This document shows positions 10,215-19,850 of a DNA stretch of 64,000 nt, one piece after another. The position numbers and the translations under genes were made by a program. The notes below the pieces were generated by a model that saw nothing but the letters and a program-made list of their open reading frames with translations, ran no database searches and was not told where the DNA came from. This DNA is from Myxococcales bacterium (GTDB taxonomy: Bacteria > Myxococcota_A > Polyangia > Polyangiales > Polyangiaceae). Position 1 is the first letter of the stretch; each line of letters begins with the position of its first letter. The DNA lies in assembly GCA_016720545.1 (NCBI GenBank), contig JADKKK010000003.1, forward strand, positions 409,516-473,515. The letters are read 5' to 3'.

Positions 10215-10430
10215 GCGCTCGATCTCAAGACCAAGCATGTCACCGACGGCGGCGACTCCGGCGGGCCGCTCTTCATCGAAGGGACCCACAAGCTCGTGGG
10301 CACCGAGACGCGCTTCAACCCGACGACCAACAAGGACTTCTGGGCGCGCCTGGACGGCGCCGTCTACACGTGGATCGCGGGTCGAGTGACCACGCACGGC
10401 GGCTGGGGCGCGGCGTCCTCGCGCTGGTAG
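10215..10430 (+). pseudogene. C-terminal remnant of a chymotrypsin-fold (S1) serine protease
   Basis: ...VTDGGDSGGPLFIEGTHKLVGTETRFNPTTNKDFWARLDGAVYTWIAGRV* contains the catalytic-Ser box GDSGGP and a C-terminal (G)VYT..I motif. No N-terminal protease portion is present upstream, where arr sits instead. Confidence 0.5.
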
Positions 10431-10516
10431 CGCCGGCGGCCCCACCGAGCGCGCGGCGACAGCCCTGCGCGCCGCGAGCCCCCGCGCGACCTTCGCGAAT
10501 GGTAAGAAGGGCTTCG

Positions 10517-11116
10517 ATGGCGCCGGTCATTCCCGATCCCCAACGCGTCCGCAGCTTCGAGGACGGGCCCGCGTTCGAGGCGTGGCTCGCCACGCACCAC
10601 GCGAGCGAGCGCGAGCTGTGGCTGAAGATCCACAAGAAGGGCTCTGGGCTCCCCACGGTGACCTACGCGGAGGCGCTGGACGTCGCGCTGTGTTGGGGCT
10701 GGATCGACGGCCTGAAGAAGTCGTTCGACGAGGCCTCGTTCCTGCAGCGCTTTACCCCTCGCAAGCCGCGGAGCGTGTGGAGCCAAGTCAACCGCGCCCA
10801 CGTCGCGCGCCTCATCACCGCCGGGCGGATGACGGAGCACGGCCAGCGACACGTCGAGGCCGCCAAGGCGGACGGGCGCTGGGATTCGGCTTATGCCCCG
10901 AGCAGTCAGATGACCATCCCCGAGGACCTCGCGGCGGCCATCAAGGCCGTGCCGGAGGCGCTCGCGACGTTCGAGCAACTCACGAAGCAGAACGTGTACG
11001 CGCTCGCGTATCGCACGCGCAGCGTGAAGACCGCGTCGGCGCGCGCCGTGAAGATCCAAACCTTCGTGGCGATGCTGGCGCGCGGCGAGACCATCTATCC
11101 GCAAAAGGCGCAGTAG
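10517..11116 (+). CDS. YdeI/OmpD-associated family protein (DUF1801-like)
   Basis: MAPVIPDPQRVRSFEDGPAFEAWLATHHASERELWLKIHKKGSGLPTVTYAEALDVALCWGWIDG..., with an AAGAAGG RBS 7 nt upstream of the ATG. Confidence 0.7.
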   Translation: MAPVIPDPQRVRSFEDGPAFEAWLATHHASERELWLKIHKKGSGLPTVTYAEALDVALCWGWIDGLKKSFDEASFLQRFTPRKPRSVWSQVNRAHVARLITAGRMTEHGQRHVEAAKADGRWDSAYAPSSQMTIPEDLAAAIKAVPEALATFEQLTKQNVYALAYRTRSVKTASARAVKIQTFVAMLARGETIYPQKAQ

Positions 11117-11188
11117 ACGCTTCAGGTCGGCGGCCCTCCGAGGGCGCGCCGGGTCCTCTACGCAGAGCCCCGCGCCGCGTACCGCGGA

Positions 11189-11667
11189 TCAGCCGGTGAA
11201 GACCGAGCCGAGTCGCTTGTCGCGAAGCCCCTGATCCGAGAGGACCAGCTCCCGGATCTCGGCCGGGAGGTTGGCGCGCTGCCACTGGCACTCGCGCACG
11301 CCCGCCGCCGCGGCCTCCGGAGCGGGAGACGCGAGGCGCACCGCGAGGATGGCGAAGCGGGCAGCGCCCAGCTCGTGATCCGCCATGTGCGCCGTGGCGG
11401 CGGCGTGGCCTGCCGCGCGGGCCACCTCGCGGGCGGTGGCGTCGGATGCGCTCCTGGCCGCTGCGTGTGCGGCGAAGCCTCCCGCGCCATGCCCACCGTG
11501 GCCTCGCCCCTCGCCCACGCCCGGACGACCTCGATGGCGCGGCGGGGCCGGTCGTCGTCCGGGGCCCTGGCGGCGAAGAGCGGGAGGACGTGCTCCGCGC
11601 AGGCTGCGGCCCACCTGGCGAGCAGGCGATGATGCGGCAGCCTCGGTGCGATGGCGCTCGTGATCAC
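11189..11667 (-). pseudogene. all-alpha hypothetical/immunity-like protein, 1-nt frameshift at ~11475 (GCGCGGGAGG run)
   Basis: The N-terminal half is in one frame (MITSAIAPRLPHHRLLARWAAACAEHVLPLFAARAPDDDRPRRAIEVVRAWARGEATVGMAREA). The C-terminal half is in another (GFAAHAAARSASDATAREVARAAGHAAATAHMADHELGAARFAIL...LPAEIRELVL). The two halves join seamlessly, and each wrong-frame continuation is Arg/Pro-rich nonsense. Confidence 0.55.
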
Positions 11668-11818
11668 CCGCTCGTTGGCGCGCCTCCAAGGCGAGCAGGC
11701 CTGACCCCGAATCGCTGACGACCTCGTTCGCGCGCGACAGCCGGCAGCTCGCGGAGGACACGCTGGTCCTCAAGTACGAGGGACGCGCCTCGTCGGACGG
11801 CCTGAGCTTCAGGCGGCC

Positions 11819-11837
11819 AGGCGCCGGGAATCCGACC
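11819..11837. repeat. degenerate direct repeat of the ssrA 3' end (AGGCGCCGGGAATC exact 14 nt, then cGACC vs GAACC); candidate attachment-site remnant
   Basis: Matches ssrA positions 12724-12737 exactly and lies ~0.9 kb 3' of the tmRNA gene. Confidence 0.45.
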
Positions 11838-12129
11838 TCCGACCTCACCCGTTCGGCACCGTCCAGTGCCGGATCGGCAGACCGCCAAACGCGTAGAGAG
11901 AGTCGAGCGTGCGTCGTAGTGGCGTGCGTCGATACGTGGCTCGGTGGATCGACCACGCGTGGAAGACGCAAGCGTCGCCAGCCCCCAGGGCGATAGCGGC
12001 GGCAACGTGACGCCGATCGGGAAGCGGGGCGGCAAGTGAACCGCGCGACGTTGCCCCGTACGGGCCTCCGCTGGCGTGCCCCTGGGGTTGGTTGGGCGCC
12101 CGGTCTCCCTCGACGCGTCTCCGGCCGGC

Positions 12130-12420
12130 CTACGCGCGCGGGACCGGAGGCGTCCGGGTGAGATTGACGACGCGCACCACTTCGTCGTCGCCGTCGACCT
12201 GGAACCACGGCCACAGGTTCCGCCCGGGCACGCGCCGCACGAGCGCTTGACCCGTCGGCGGAACGACGGCGATCGCGTCGAGCATGCCCGGGAGCGTGGC
12301 CGCGTCCGAGAGGTGCGCGAGGGTGGCGCCGATGGCCGCGGACTCTGGCGAACCGGACCGGACGCCGCACGGCGTCATTCGCTCCCGGAAGCGAAGCGTC
12401 AGGCGAACGATTCGGGCCAT
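12130..12420 (-). CDS. small hypothetical protein inside the ssrA-flanking islet
   Basis: The 96-aa ORF has a protein-like C-terminus (GMLDAIAVVPPTGQALVRRVPGRNLWPWFQVDGDDEVVRVVNL). It overlaps the next small ORF by ~20 nt. I recognise no family. Confidence 0.3.
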   Translation of the reverse strand: MARIVRLTLRFRERMTPCGVRSGSPESAAIGATLAHLSDAATLPGMLDAIAVVPPTGQALVRRVPGRNLWPWFQVDGDDEVVRVVNLTRTPPVPRA

Positions 12421-12584
12421 TCGCCGGTCTCCGCCCAGCGTCGAAGGTCTTCCGCGGACACGTCGATGCCCGCCGCCTCGACGCCCGCCGCCGCCGTGGT
12501 CGGTGCCGACACTTCGTCTTCGCGGATCTCTTCGGCCGTCTCACGTGAGGCGACGAGCGGCGCGGCTTTGAGGGCGGGACCCAT
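12399..12584 (-). CDS. small hypothetical protein (possible partner of 12130-12420 in a two-gene cassette)
   Basis: MGPALKAAPLVASRETAEEIREDEVS...DVSAEDLRRWAETGEWPESFA. It is short and acidic. The overlap arrangement resembles an antitoxin/toxin-type pair, but this is only a guess. Confidence 0.25.
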   Translation of the reverse strand: MGPALKAAPLVASRETAEEIREDEVSAPTTAAAGVEAAGIDVSAEDLRRWAETGEWPESFA

Positions 12585-12719
12585 ACCGCGAGGCCATGCG
12601 GGCGCCTCCGGCGCGAGGGGCGCCTTCCCGCACCGCTCGCAAGTGCGCGGAACCAGGTCGCAGATTGCCCCGCTTGGCCACCTTCCGGCCCAAGTGGGGC
12701 TCAAGTGCCCGGAATCATT

Positions 12720-13076
<357 letters not shown>

Positions 13077-13176
13077 GTCGAACTTGAAGTGAGCCACGAG
13101 TGTAGGGCCCCGAGGCCTCGCCCGCAAGGACGACCGCGGCGAGCGGGTGGCTCTTCGCGCTCCCGCGTGCGGCACC

Positions 13177-13698
13177 TCAGCGTTCGGCCTCGGCCTCGAG
13201 CGCCGCGCCCAGCTCGGCCGCGAGGCGCTCGCCCTCCCCCGGCTCGTACACGACCACGCCGGAGGACCACGAGAACACCACAGCCGGCCGCGCGCGCTCG
13301 TCGACCTCGTCGACCGGCACCACGTGGACGTGCGCGTGCGCGTAGCTCGTGGGCAGATCCACCGGCGAGCCCAACTGTGCAATGTACACGCGTTTGGCGC
13401 CCCGCGCCTCGAGCACGCGCGCGCCCTCCCACGCGAGGCGCGACAGGTCGGCGTGCACCTCCCACGGCACCTCGCGGAGGGTCGTCAGGTGGCGCTTCGC
13501 CACCACGAGCAGGTGGCGCGGGCGCGCGGCGTACGCGTCGAGCACGCAGACCGCGTGCTCGCTCTCGCGCACGAAGAGGCCGGGGGTGAGCGCGCGGGCC
13601 GCGAGGGCGCACATCACGCACCCGCCGAACCGCGCCGCCAGCGTAGCGCGCCCCTCGGCGAGCGCCGCGAGCGCCTCGTCCTTCGTGAGGGTCCTCAC
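13177..13698 (-). CDS. HIT-family (histidine triad) hydrolase
   Basis: HAHVHVVP histidine-triad motif, ~170 aa. Confidence 0.75.
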   Translation of the reverse strand: MRTLTKDEALAALAEGRATLAARFGGCVMCALAARALTPGLFVRESEHAVCVLDAYAARPRHLLVVAKRHLTTLREVPWEVHADLSRLAWEGARVLEARGAKRVYIAQLGSPVDLPTSYAHAHVHVVPVDEVDERARPAVVFSWSSGVVVYEPGEGERLAAELGAALEAEAER

Positions 13699-13711
13699 GC
13701 CCGGGTCCTCT

Positions 13712-14773
13712 TCACGGAGTGACGACGAGCGGGCTCGGGAGGAAGCGGAGCTTGTCGAGATCGTCGGCGAGCCGGGTGAGGTCGGCGGGGCGCAGGCCGC
13801 TGCGGCCGAAGGGCGTGGCGAAGGCCATCGACGCGATGAGCTTGTCGGCGCGCGTGGTGCCGACGCGCATCCACTTCCGAAGCACGGTGACGCAGCTCGG
13901 CCCGAGTGCCCCCTTGGAGCAGTCGAGATCCCGCGCGAGGGACCGCAGATCGCTCACCTCGGCCGCGAGGCGATCCACGATGGCCTGCGTGCCGAGGCTC
14001 CACTCGGCGATCATCCCGAGGTTTCCCAGGTAAAACTCGCGATAAACGAGCCCCACGTCGATCGTTCCGCCGCAGCTGAACGGATTCCCGACGGAGTCCA
14101 TGACGGCCATCGAGTCGTTCATGAACAGGAACGCCGCGAGCCGCTCGGGCGCCGCGAGCGCCGTGGCGTCCGGCACCCTCGCGCCGCGCGCGTCATAGAA
14201 GGCATAGGCCCGCTGCTGGGCCGACACCGTCACGAACAGGGCGTCGGGCTTGAACGTGAAGGCGACGATCTCGTCGCCGTAGCGCTCGGGCGACACGCGG
14301 GTGCCCGCGAGGAAGGGCCACGCGAAGCGCCCGGTCTCGAAGCGCGGCCCCGCGAGCAGCGAGGCCACCGAGTCGCCGGTCTTCGCGCGCGCCTCGAGCA
14401 CGTCGAACAAGTAGCCGCGGTGGCCCGAGTCGGTCGTGGTCTTCGAAAACAACGGATCGCCGCGCCGCAGCCCGTCGGCCTGCGCCTTCGTGGTGAACGA
14501 GTAGAGGCGCGGGAGCGTGGGCTCTGCCTGCGCGAGGCCGGTGAGCGCCGCGAGGCCGGCCGAGGGGTTCTTGTCGCCGCACTCCTCGGGCGGCGGCGGC
14601 GGGGCCGCGTCGAGGCCGCTCGGCGGGAAGCTGGGCGGCGAGGAGGGCGTGGGTGGCGGCGCGGGCGCCCCGGCGTCGAAGGTCGAGGCGTCGGGCGTGT
14701 TCGCGACCGACCCGCCGCACGCCGCGAGGGCGAGCCCCGAGAGGAGAAAAGGGCGACGGCCGATCCTGCGCAT
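13712..14773 (-). CDS. hypothetical lipoprotein
   Basis: Lipobox signal MRRIGRRPFLLSGLALAACGGS, a Pro-rich linker, and a globular C-terminal region with protein-like composition. Confidence 0.55.
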   Translation of the reverse strand: MRRIGRRPFLLSGLALAACGGSVANTPDASTFDAGAPAPPPTPSSPPSFPPSGLDAAPPPPPEECGDKNPSAGLAALTGLAQAEPTLPRLYSFTTKAQADGLRRGDPLFSKTTTDSGHRGYLFDVLEARAKTGDSVASLLAGPRFETGRFAWPFLAGTRVSPERYGDEIVAFTFKPDALFVTVSAQQRAYAFYDARGARVPDATALAAPERLAAFLFMNDSMAVMDSVGNPFSCGGTIDVGLVYREFYLGNLGMIAEWSLGTQAIVDRLAAEVSDLRSLARDLDCSKGALGPSCVTVLRKWMRVGTTRADKLIASMAFATPFGRSGLRPADLTRLADDLDKLRFLPSPLVVTP

Positions 14774-14834
14774 GCCCCACGATGCGCGATCCCTCCCCGG
14801 GCCGCAACGGGGCCGCTGGTCAACCTGCTTGACG

Positions 14835-16511
14835 TTACGCGGGCGCGCTCGCGGGCGCGGGCGCGGGCGCGGAGTCCTCGGCCTCGTCGCGCGCTCTCGT
14901 GGATTCGACGCTCGCGAAATACTCGTCGATGCGCGCGCCCGCCGCGGCGCCGAAGAGGATCTCGCACGCCTCCTTCAGGCCCGCGGCCTCGCGGAGGGTC
15001 TCGTGACTGACGACGAGCGAGATCTTCGAGCGGCGCCGGAGGAAGTCCTCGAGGCGCACGATCATCTCGCGCCTCGCGGCGTGCTCGATCTCGCAGCGGA
15101 GGTACTCGGCGTTCTCGATGAGCACCTCGGCCATGCGCGGATCGCGGCGAATGTCCTCGAGCATGGGGAGCGCGGCGGCCCCGTAGCGCCGCCACAGGCG
15201 CGTGGTGAGCTTCTCGGACGACGACGGCGACGTGAGCTCGTCGAGCTCCATCAGCTCCGCCTGGTGGAAGAAGGTGTCGCGCACCTCACCGCTGGGCTCG
15301 CCGTACCAGACGTGCTCGGGGTAGCGGAGCGTGACGCCGAGCTGCTGGCACGCGGCCGCGATTTCCTCGCCCACGTTCAAGCAGTCGGTGAGCTTGCCCC
15401 CGTAGATCGAGATGTGCCGCTTGGCGCTGTCGATCTCGATCGCGTGCTTGCGCGAGAGCTGGAGCCAGTCTGTGGTGTCGCCGCCGGCGCTCTCGACCAC
15501 GAGCGGGCGCACCCCGCAGCGCTCGGCCACGATGTCGGCCTCCGTGAGCGGCTCAGGGAGGTTCAGGCGCTTGTTGATGTTCGAGAGCACGAACGCGCGG
15601 TCCTCCGCCGTCACGTGGGCGTGCGGCGAGGTGACGCGCGTGTCGGTCGTGCCGATGCACGTGCGCACGCCCATGGGGATGACGAAGAAGAGGCGCCCGT
15701 CGTCGGCGAAGAACGTGAGCACGCGGCCCCCGTGCGTGAGCTTCCGCACGATGAGGTGGATGCCCTTCGAGAACACGTGGCGGTGCCCGGTCGTGACGCC
15801 GTTCTTCGCGTTGACCTCGTCGACGAAGGGGCCGCACGCGTTCACCACCACCCGCGAGCGCACGACCTTCTCGGCGCCGGTCTCGAGGTCGCGCACCCGG
15901 GTCTCCCACAGGTCGCCCACGCGCTCGCTCCCTACGGCCTCGACGTAGTTCGCCGCGGCGCAGCCGTGATCGAGCGCGGTGCGCACGAAGTTCCACACGA
16001 AGCGCGCGTCGTTGTCGTGCAGGTAGGCGTCGGAGTACTCGAAGCCGCCGTCGGTGCCGTCGAGGTTCACGATGGGCTCCTCGGCGGCGATGCGCTCGCG
16101 CGAGAGCAGGCGCGGGGTCTTCGTGAAGAACCGCCCGATGAGCCAGTAGAGCCACGTGCCCGCGACCAGCTTCCACAGGCCGTGACGAAAGCCCTTCTTG
16201 TGGGTCGTGTAGAAGCGGATCTCCTGCACCGTCGAGGGGTAGGCGCGGATGAGCTGGTTGCGGGAAGCGCAGAGCTTGAGCACGAGCCCAAACTCGAACG
16301 TTTCCATGTACTTGATGCCACCCCACGCGAGGTTCGACGACTGCTGGCTGGTGAAGCCCGCGAAGTCGCCGCGGTCGATGAACGCGACCTCGGCGCCGCG
16401 CACGGTGAGGCACGAGGCCGCCACGGCGCCGTTGATGCCGCCGCCGATCACGAGCACGTCGAAGACCTCGCCGTCGAGGCGCGCGAAGTTGCTCTTTCGA
16501 AGGGACGGCAT
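14835..16511 (-). CDS. glpD: FAD-dependent glycerol-3-phosphate dehydrogenase
   Basis: MPSLRKSNFARLDGEVFDVLVIGGGINGAVAA... dinucleotide-binding motif, with the GlpD fold conserved throughout. Start is the ATG at 16511. Confidence 0.85.
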   Translation of the reverse strand: MPSLRKSNFARLDGEVFDVLVIGGGINGAVAASCLTVRGAEVAFIDRGDFAGFTSQQSSNLAWGGIKYMETFEFGLVLKLCASRNQLIRAYPSTVQEIRFYTTHKKGFRHGLWKLVAGTWLYWLIGRFFTKTPRLLSRERIAAEEPIVNLDGTDGGFEYSDAYLHDNDARFVWNFVRTALDHGCAAANYVEAVGSERVGDLWETRVRDLETGAEKVVRSRVVVNACGPFVDEVNAKNGVTTGHRHVFSKGIHLIVRKLTHGGRVLTFFADDGRLFFVIPMGVRTCIGTTDTRVTSPHAHVTAEDRAFVLSNINKRLNLPEPLTEADIVAERCGVRPLVVESAGGDTTDWLQLSRKHAIEIDSAKRHISIYGGKLTDCLNVGEEIAAACQQLGVTLRYPEHVWYGEPSGEVRDTFFHQAELMELDELTSPSSSEKLTTRLWRRYGAAALPMLEDIRRDPRMAEVLIENAEYLRCEIEHAARREMIVRLEDFLRRRSKISLVVSHETLREAAGLKEACEILFGAAAGARIDEYFASVESTRARDEAEDSAPAPAPASAPA

Positions 16512-16616
16512 GAAGACCCGTTGTGGGAATAGTGCCAAGCGCGCGGGCGAACAAGTGCTGATCGCCGGGCGACGCCCGGGCGGCGGGCCTTTGGCGACGG
16601 GTGCTACGCTGCCGGA

Positions 16617-17339
16617 ATGTCGCGCGGCGTCGCAGACCGGCAGAGTACGGCGGGGACAGCGGCGACGGCGCTCCGTCGCGCGCGCGCGGTCACGGCGGCC
16701 GCGGCGGTCGCGGCGGTCACGCTCGGCGCGACCCCGGCGCGGGCCGAGGACCGCACGTTTGGTCTCGCGCTCCACGTCGCCGAGCCGAACGGCGAGCCGG
16801 TGCGCGACGACGCGTGGATCGACGCCCAGATCGCCTCGGCGGAGGCCCTCTTCGGCGCGCTTCAACCTGGGGTCGGCGTTCACTTTCGCTGGACCGAGCG
16901 GCGCCGCGGCCCGATCGCGCAGGAGGCGCTCGAGACCCGCGAGGATCGCGACGCGCTCGGCGACGCGATCGTGGAGGCGCCCGGCGAGCCCCGCCTCATC
17001 CACGTGTTCCTGGTCGCGTCGCTGCGCGACGTGGACGAGCCGCCCGGGGTGAACGGCTTGCGTATGCGTATGCGTATGGGCGTGTGCTGGACGCACCGGG
17101 TCACGCGCCGGCGGTACATCGCGCTCTCGGCCATCGCGAAGCCCAGCGTGCTCGCGCACGAGCTCGGGCACTTCTTCGGCAACCCGCACACGACCGAGCA
17201 GGACAACCTCATGAGCTACAGCCGCGGCTCGGGCGCGGTGTTTCTCAGCGAAGCGCAGAAGGAGCGCATCGCGGCCTACGCCGAGCGGTTCGCGCGCGGC
17301 TCGCTCACGCTCCTCGGGCCGCCACGCTTCCTGCGGTGA
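16617..17339 (+). CDS. small secreted metzincin-like zinc metalloprotease
   Basis: Signal peptide (RRARAVTAAAAVAAVTLGATPARA) and a HELGHFFGNPH (HExxHxxGxxH) motif. Confidence 0.6.
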   Translation: MSRGVADRQSTAGTAATALRRARAVTAAAAVAAVTLGATPARAEDRTFGLALHVAEPNGEPVRDDAWIDAQIASAEALFGALQPGVGVHFRWTERRRGPIAQEALETREDRDALGDAIVEAPGEPRLIHVFLVASLRDVDEPPGVNGLRMRMRMGVCWTHRVTRRRYIALSAIAKPSVLAHELGHFFGNPHTTEQDNLMSYSRGSGAVFLSEAQKERIAAYAERFARGSLTLLGPPRFLR

Positions 17340-17360
17340 GCGCGGGACGCTCGCGTCAAG

Positions 17361-18538
17361 TTAGCGCGCCGAGAGGAACGCGTCGATCGCCGCGCGGAGC
17401 GCCGGGGCCTCCTCGCAGCCCGGCGCGAGGTGCGCGCACGGGCTCTTCAGCACGAAGGTCGCGGCGCCGAGCTTTCCGGCGAGCTCGAGCGCCGGCCCCG
17501 GGTTCACCGCATGGTCGTTCTCCGCGACGACGACGAGGGCGCGCGCGCGCACGCGCTTGGCCACCTCGTCCATCGAGCCGCCGAGCGGCGCCGTGACGTC
17601 GTGCGCGAGCATCGCCTCGAGCTGCCGCCGCCAGTCGTTCCAGTCGAAGCCGGGATCGGCCTCGGCCTCGGCGAGCCACACCGGGAAGCGCTCGCGGCTC
17701 GTCTCGCGCGAGCGGTAAGCCGGGGTCGTGAGGGCGAGCTGGTGGATGTCGAGCACCGCGCGCAGAATGGGCGCTCCCGGGTAGTTTCCCTGGGCGTAGG
17801 CGGTGTCGGCCTCGAGGGCGTGGAGCTCTGCGCTCCACAAGAGCAGGTCGTGCGACGTGAGCCGCGGACTGCCCACGATGGGCACGATGGCGTCCATGAA
17901 GTCGGGGTGCGACACCGCCCACTGGAAGGCCAACATCCCGCCCATCGAGACGCCCGCCACGGCCCGCACGTGCCGTATTCCGAGGTGCTCGACGAGCAGG
18001 CGGTGCTGGCTCTCCACCATGTCGCGTATGCCGATCTTCGGATACGATAGGCGCGCCTGAGAGGGGCTATTCGACGGCGAGGTGGACACGCCGTCGGCGA
18101 GCGCGTCGACCACGATGAGGTGGTATTTCCCCGTATCGATGAGCTTGTCCCGCGCGAACGCGCCCACGGCCGCCGAGCGCCCGGAGAACCACGTAGGCCA
18201 CACGATCACGTTGGAGCGCGTGGCGTCGAGCGTGCCGTAGGTGCGATAGCCCACGACACAATCACGGAGGGTCTCGCCGCTCTCGAGCCGGCACGCGCCG
18301 AGGTTCGCGAGGCGTTGGCCGGGCGGCGCCGCGGCGGCGGCCTTGGGGAGGTGGCTTGCTGCGGAGGGTCGGAGGCCGACCGCGCACACTGCCCCGGCGC
18401 CGCGGCGGGCGCGGCGGGCGCGACGGGGGCGGCGGGCGCGACGGGCGGCGAGGCGCACGCGGCGAGCCCGAGCGCGACCACGAGCGTGACGAGGGCTGCT
18501 GCGGCGATCGCGATCCCGCGCGCCCGCGCCGCGCTCAT
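17361..18538 (-). CDS. alpha/beta-hydrolase (MetX/homoserine-acetyltransferase-like fold) lipoprotein; apparent frameshift in a Pro/Ala tandem-repeat linker (~18330-18395)
   Basis: The body (GVSMGGM nucleophile elbow, 17361-18392 frame) is convincing. A lipoprotein signal MSAARARGIAIAAAALVTLVVALGLAACAS starts at an ATGA overlap with the upstream gene, but in a different frame. The junction lies in an 18-bp tandem repeat (ggcggcgggcgcgacggg x2). Confidence 0.55.
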
Positions 18539-19776
18539 CGGACCTCCGCGAGCGACACCCCGAGCACCGCCTTGGCGATCGGTTCGAGGTCGGCGGCCTC
18601 GCCCACGAAGTGGAAGGTGCGGTGCGTGTGGGTGAGGGTCTCGCCCGGCCGGAGGGCGGCCGCGGGCGAGCTGGTCTCGAGCTCGTAGAAGCCGCCGAGC
18701 GCGGGCTTTCCGGGCGCGGGTGGGCCGTCGTTGTAGCTGTTCAGCACATCGCCGGCGAAGGGCTCGCGCTGCTCCTCCCACATGCTGTTCACGTATCGCT
18801 TCTCGCCCTCGGGCTTGTCGTAGTGCACGATCGTGAGCAGGCGAGCGCCGGGGCTGTAGCTGCCCGCCACGCTGCGCGCGCGGGCGGGCCCGAGGCCGAT
18901 CTTGCTCCGGTACTCGCCATCGCAGGTGAAGACCAGCGCCGCGCCCCGCGCCGAGAGCCGCTCCGGCGGCACCTTGCCGAAGTAGGCGTCGTTGACGAGG
19001 GGGCCCTGCGCGGCGGCGTTGAAGGGCACGATCACCTTCGCGTCGTGTGCGGGCGCGAACATGCCTAAGATCCACACGCTTATCAGGCCGGTCGCCTCGG
19101 TCCACGCGGCGCGCCCCGCGTTGGTCACGGCGTTGCGCGACTCGAACGCCACCCACCGCACGGAGGGCGCCGGCGCGACGCCGAGGTGGCGCTGTACGTC
19201 GGCCGCGGCGAGCACGCGGAGCTCCCGCGCGACGTCGAGGTCGAAGCGGGTCCCCAGGCGGCTCTCTACCGAGAATTTTCGGTTGAACGTGAGCGAGCTC
19301 GGCGTGCGGCTCGACGCCGCCCACGCGCCCTCTTGGAAGGCCGCGGGCGTCTGCCACGAGCCGAACCCGAAGGGCGCGCCCTTTGCGAAGTAGAGCGCGT
19401 ACTGGCCCCCCTCGGGCCCGAGCCAGAAGCGGTCCTCGCCGCCGTAGTTGTCGAACTGTGTCCCGGCCTTGCCCGCCTCGATGAACGCGCGGTGCACGAA
19501 GCCGAGGCTCTCGTCGTCGGGCCCGACGGCGCTCGTCATCACCCGCGCCTGGTAGGTGGGCGACACGGCGACTCGCCCACCGGAGGGGCTCTCGAGCACG
19601 ACGACCTCGCCGTGGCGCTGGAGCAGCGCCACGTCATCTGCGAAACGCGCGCGCGACGGGGCTCGCGACGCGGTCGGAGGCGCCGCGGGCGCGACCGATG
19701 CAGCGGGCGGCGTGGTCGGCCCGCACGCGAGCGCGGCGACGAGAGCGAACGGGCGAGCGGAGCGCGCGTGGGACAT
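18535..19776 (-). CDS. hypothetical lipoprotein
   Basis: MSHARSARPFALVAALACGPTT lipobox. Protein-like composition over ~410 aa. Confidence 0.55.
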   Translation of the reverse strand: MSHARSARPFALVAALACGPTTPPAASVAPAAPPTASRAPSRARFADDVALLQRHGEVVVLESPSGGRVAVSPTYQARVMTSAVGPDDESLGFVHRAFIEAGKAGTQFDNYGGEDRFWLGPEGGQYALYFAKGAPFGFGSWQTPAAFQEGAWAASSRTPSSLTFNRKFSVESRLGTRFDLDVARELRVLAAADVQRHLGVAPAPSVRWVAFESRNAVTNAGRAAWTEATGLISVWILGMFAPAHDAKVIVPFNAAAQGPLVNDAYFGKVPPERLSARGAALVFTCDGEYRSKIGLGPARARSVAGSYSPGARLLTIVHYDKPEGEKRYVNSMWEEQREPFAGDVLNSYNDGPPAPGKPALGGFYELETSSPAAALRPGETLTHTHRTFHFVGEAADLEPIAKAVLGVSLAEVR

Positions 19777-19850
19777 ACCTCGAGCGTCGCGCCGCGCGAC
19801 GCGATCGTCAACGACGGCCCACGACACACGCGCGAGGCGATGCGGCGGCG

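Noticed and set aside
9684-10430. 248-aa plus-strand ORF spanning the arr region
   Set aside because: Only its last ~70 codons (protease remnant) look protein-like. The rest is antisense to arr with Arg-rich composition.
11189-12544. 451-aa minus-strand ORF
   Set aside because: Only its C-terminal ~100 codons are real (the second half of the frameshifted immunity-like gene). The N-terminal 350 aa are Arg-rich nonsense crossing the att-like repeat.
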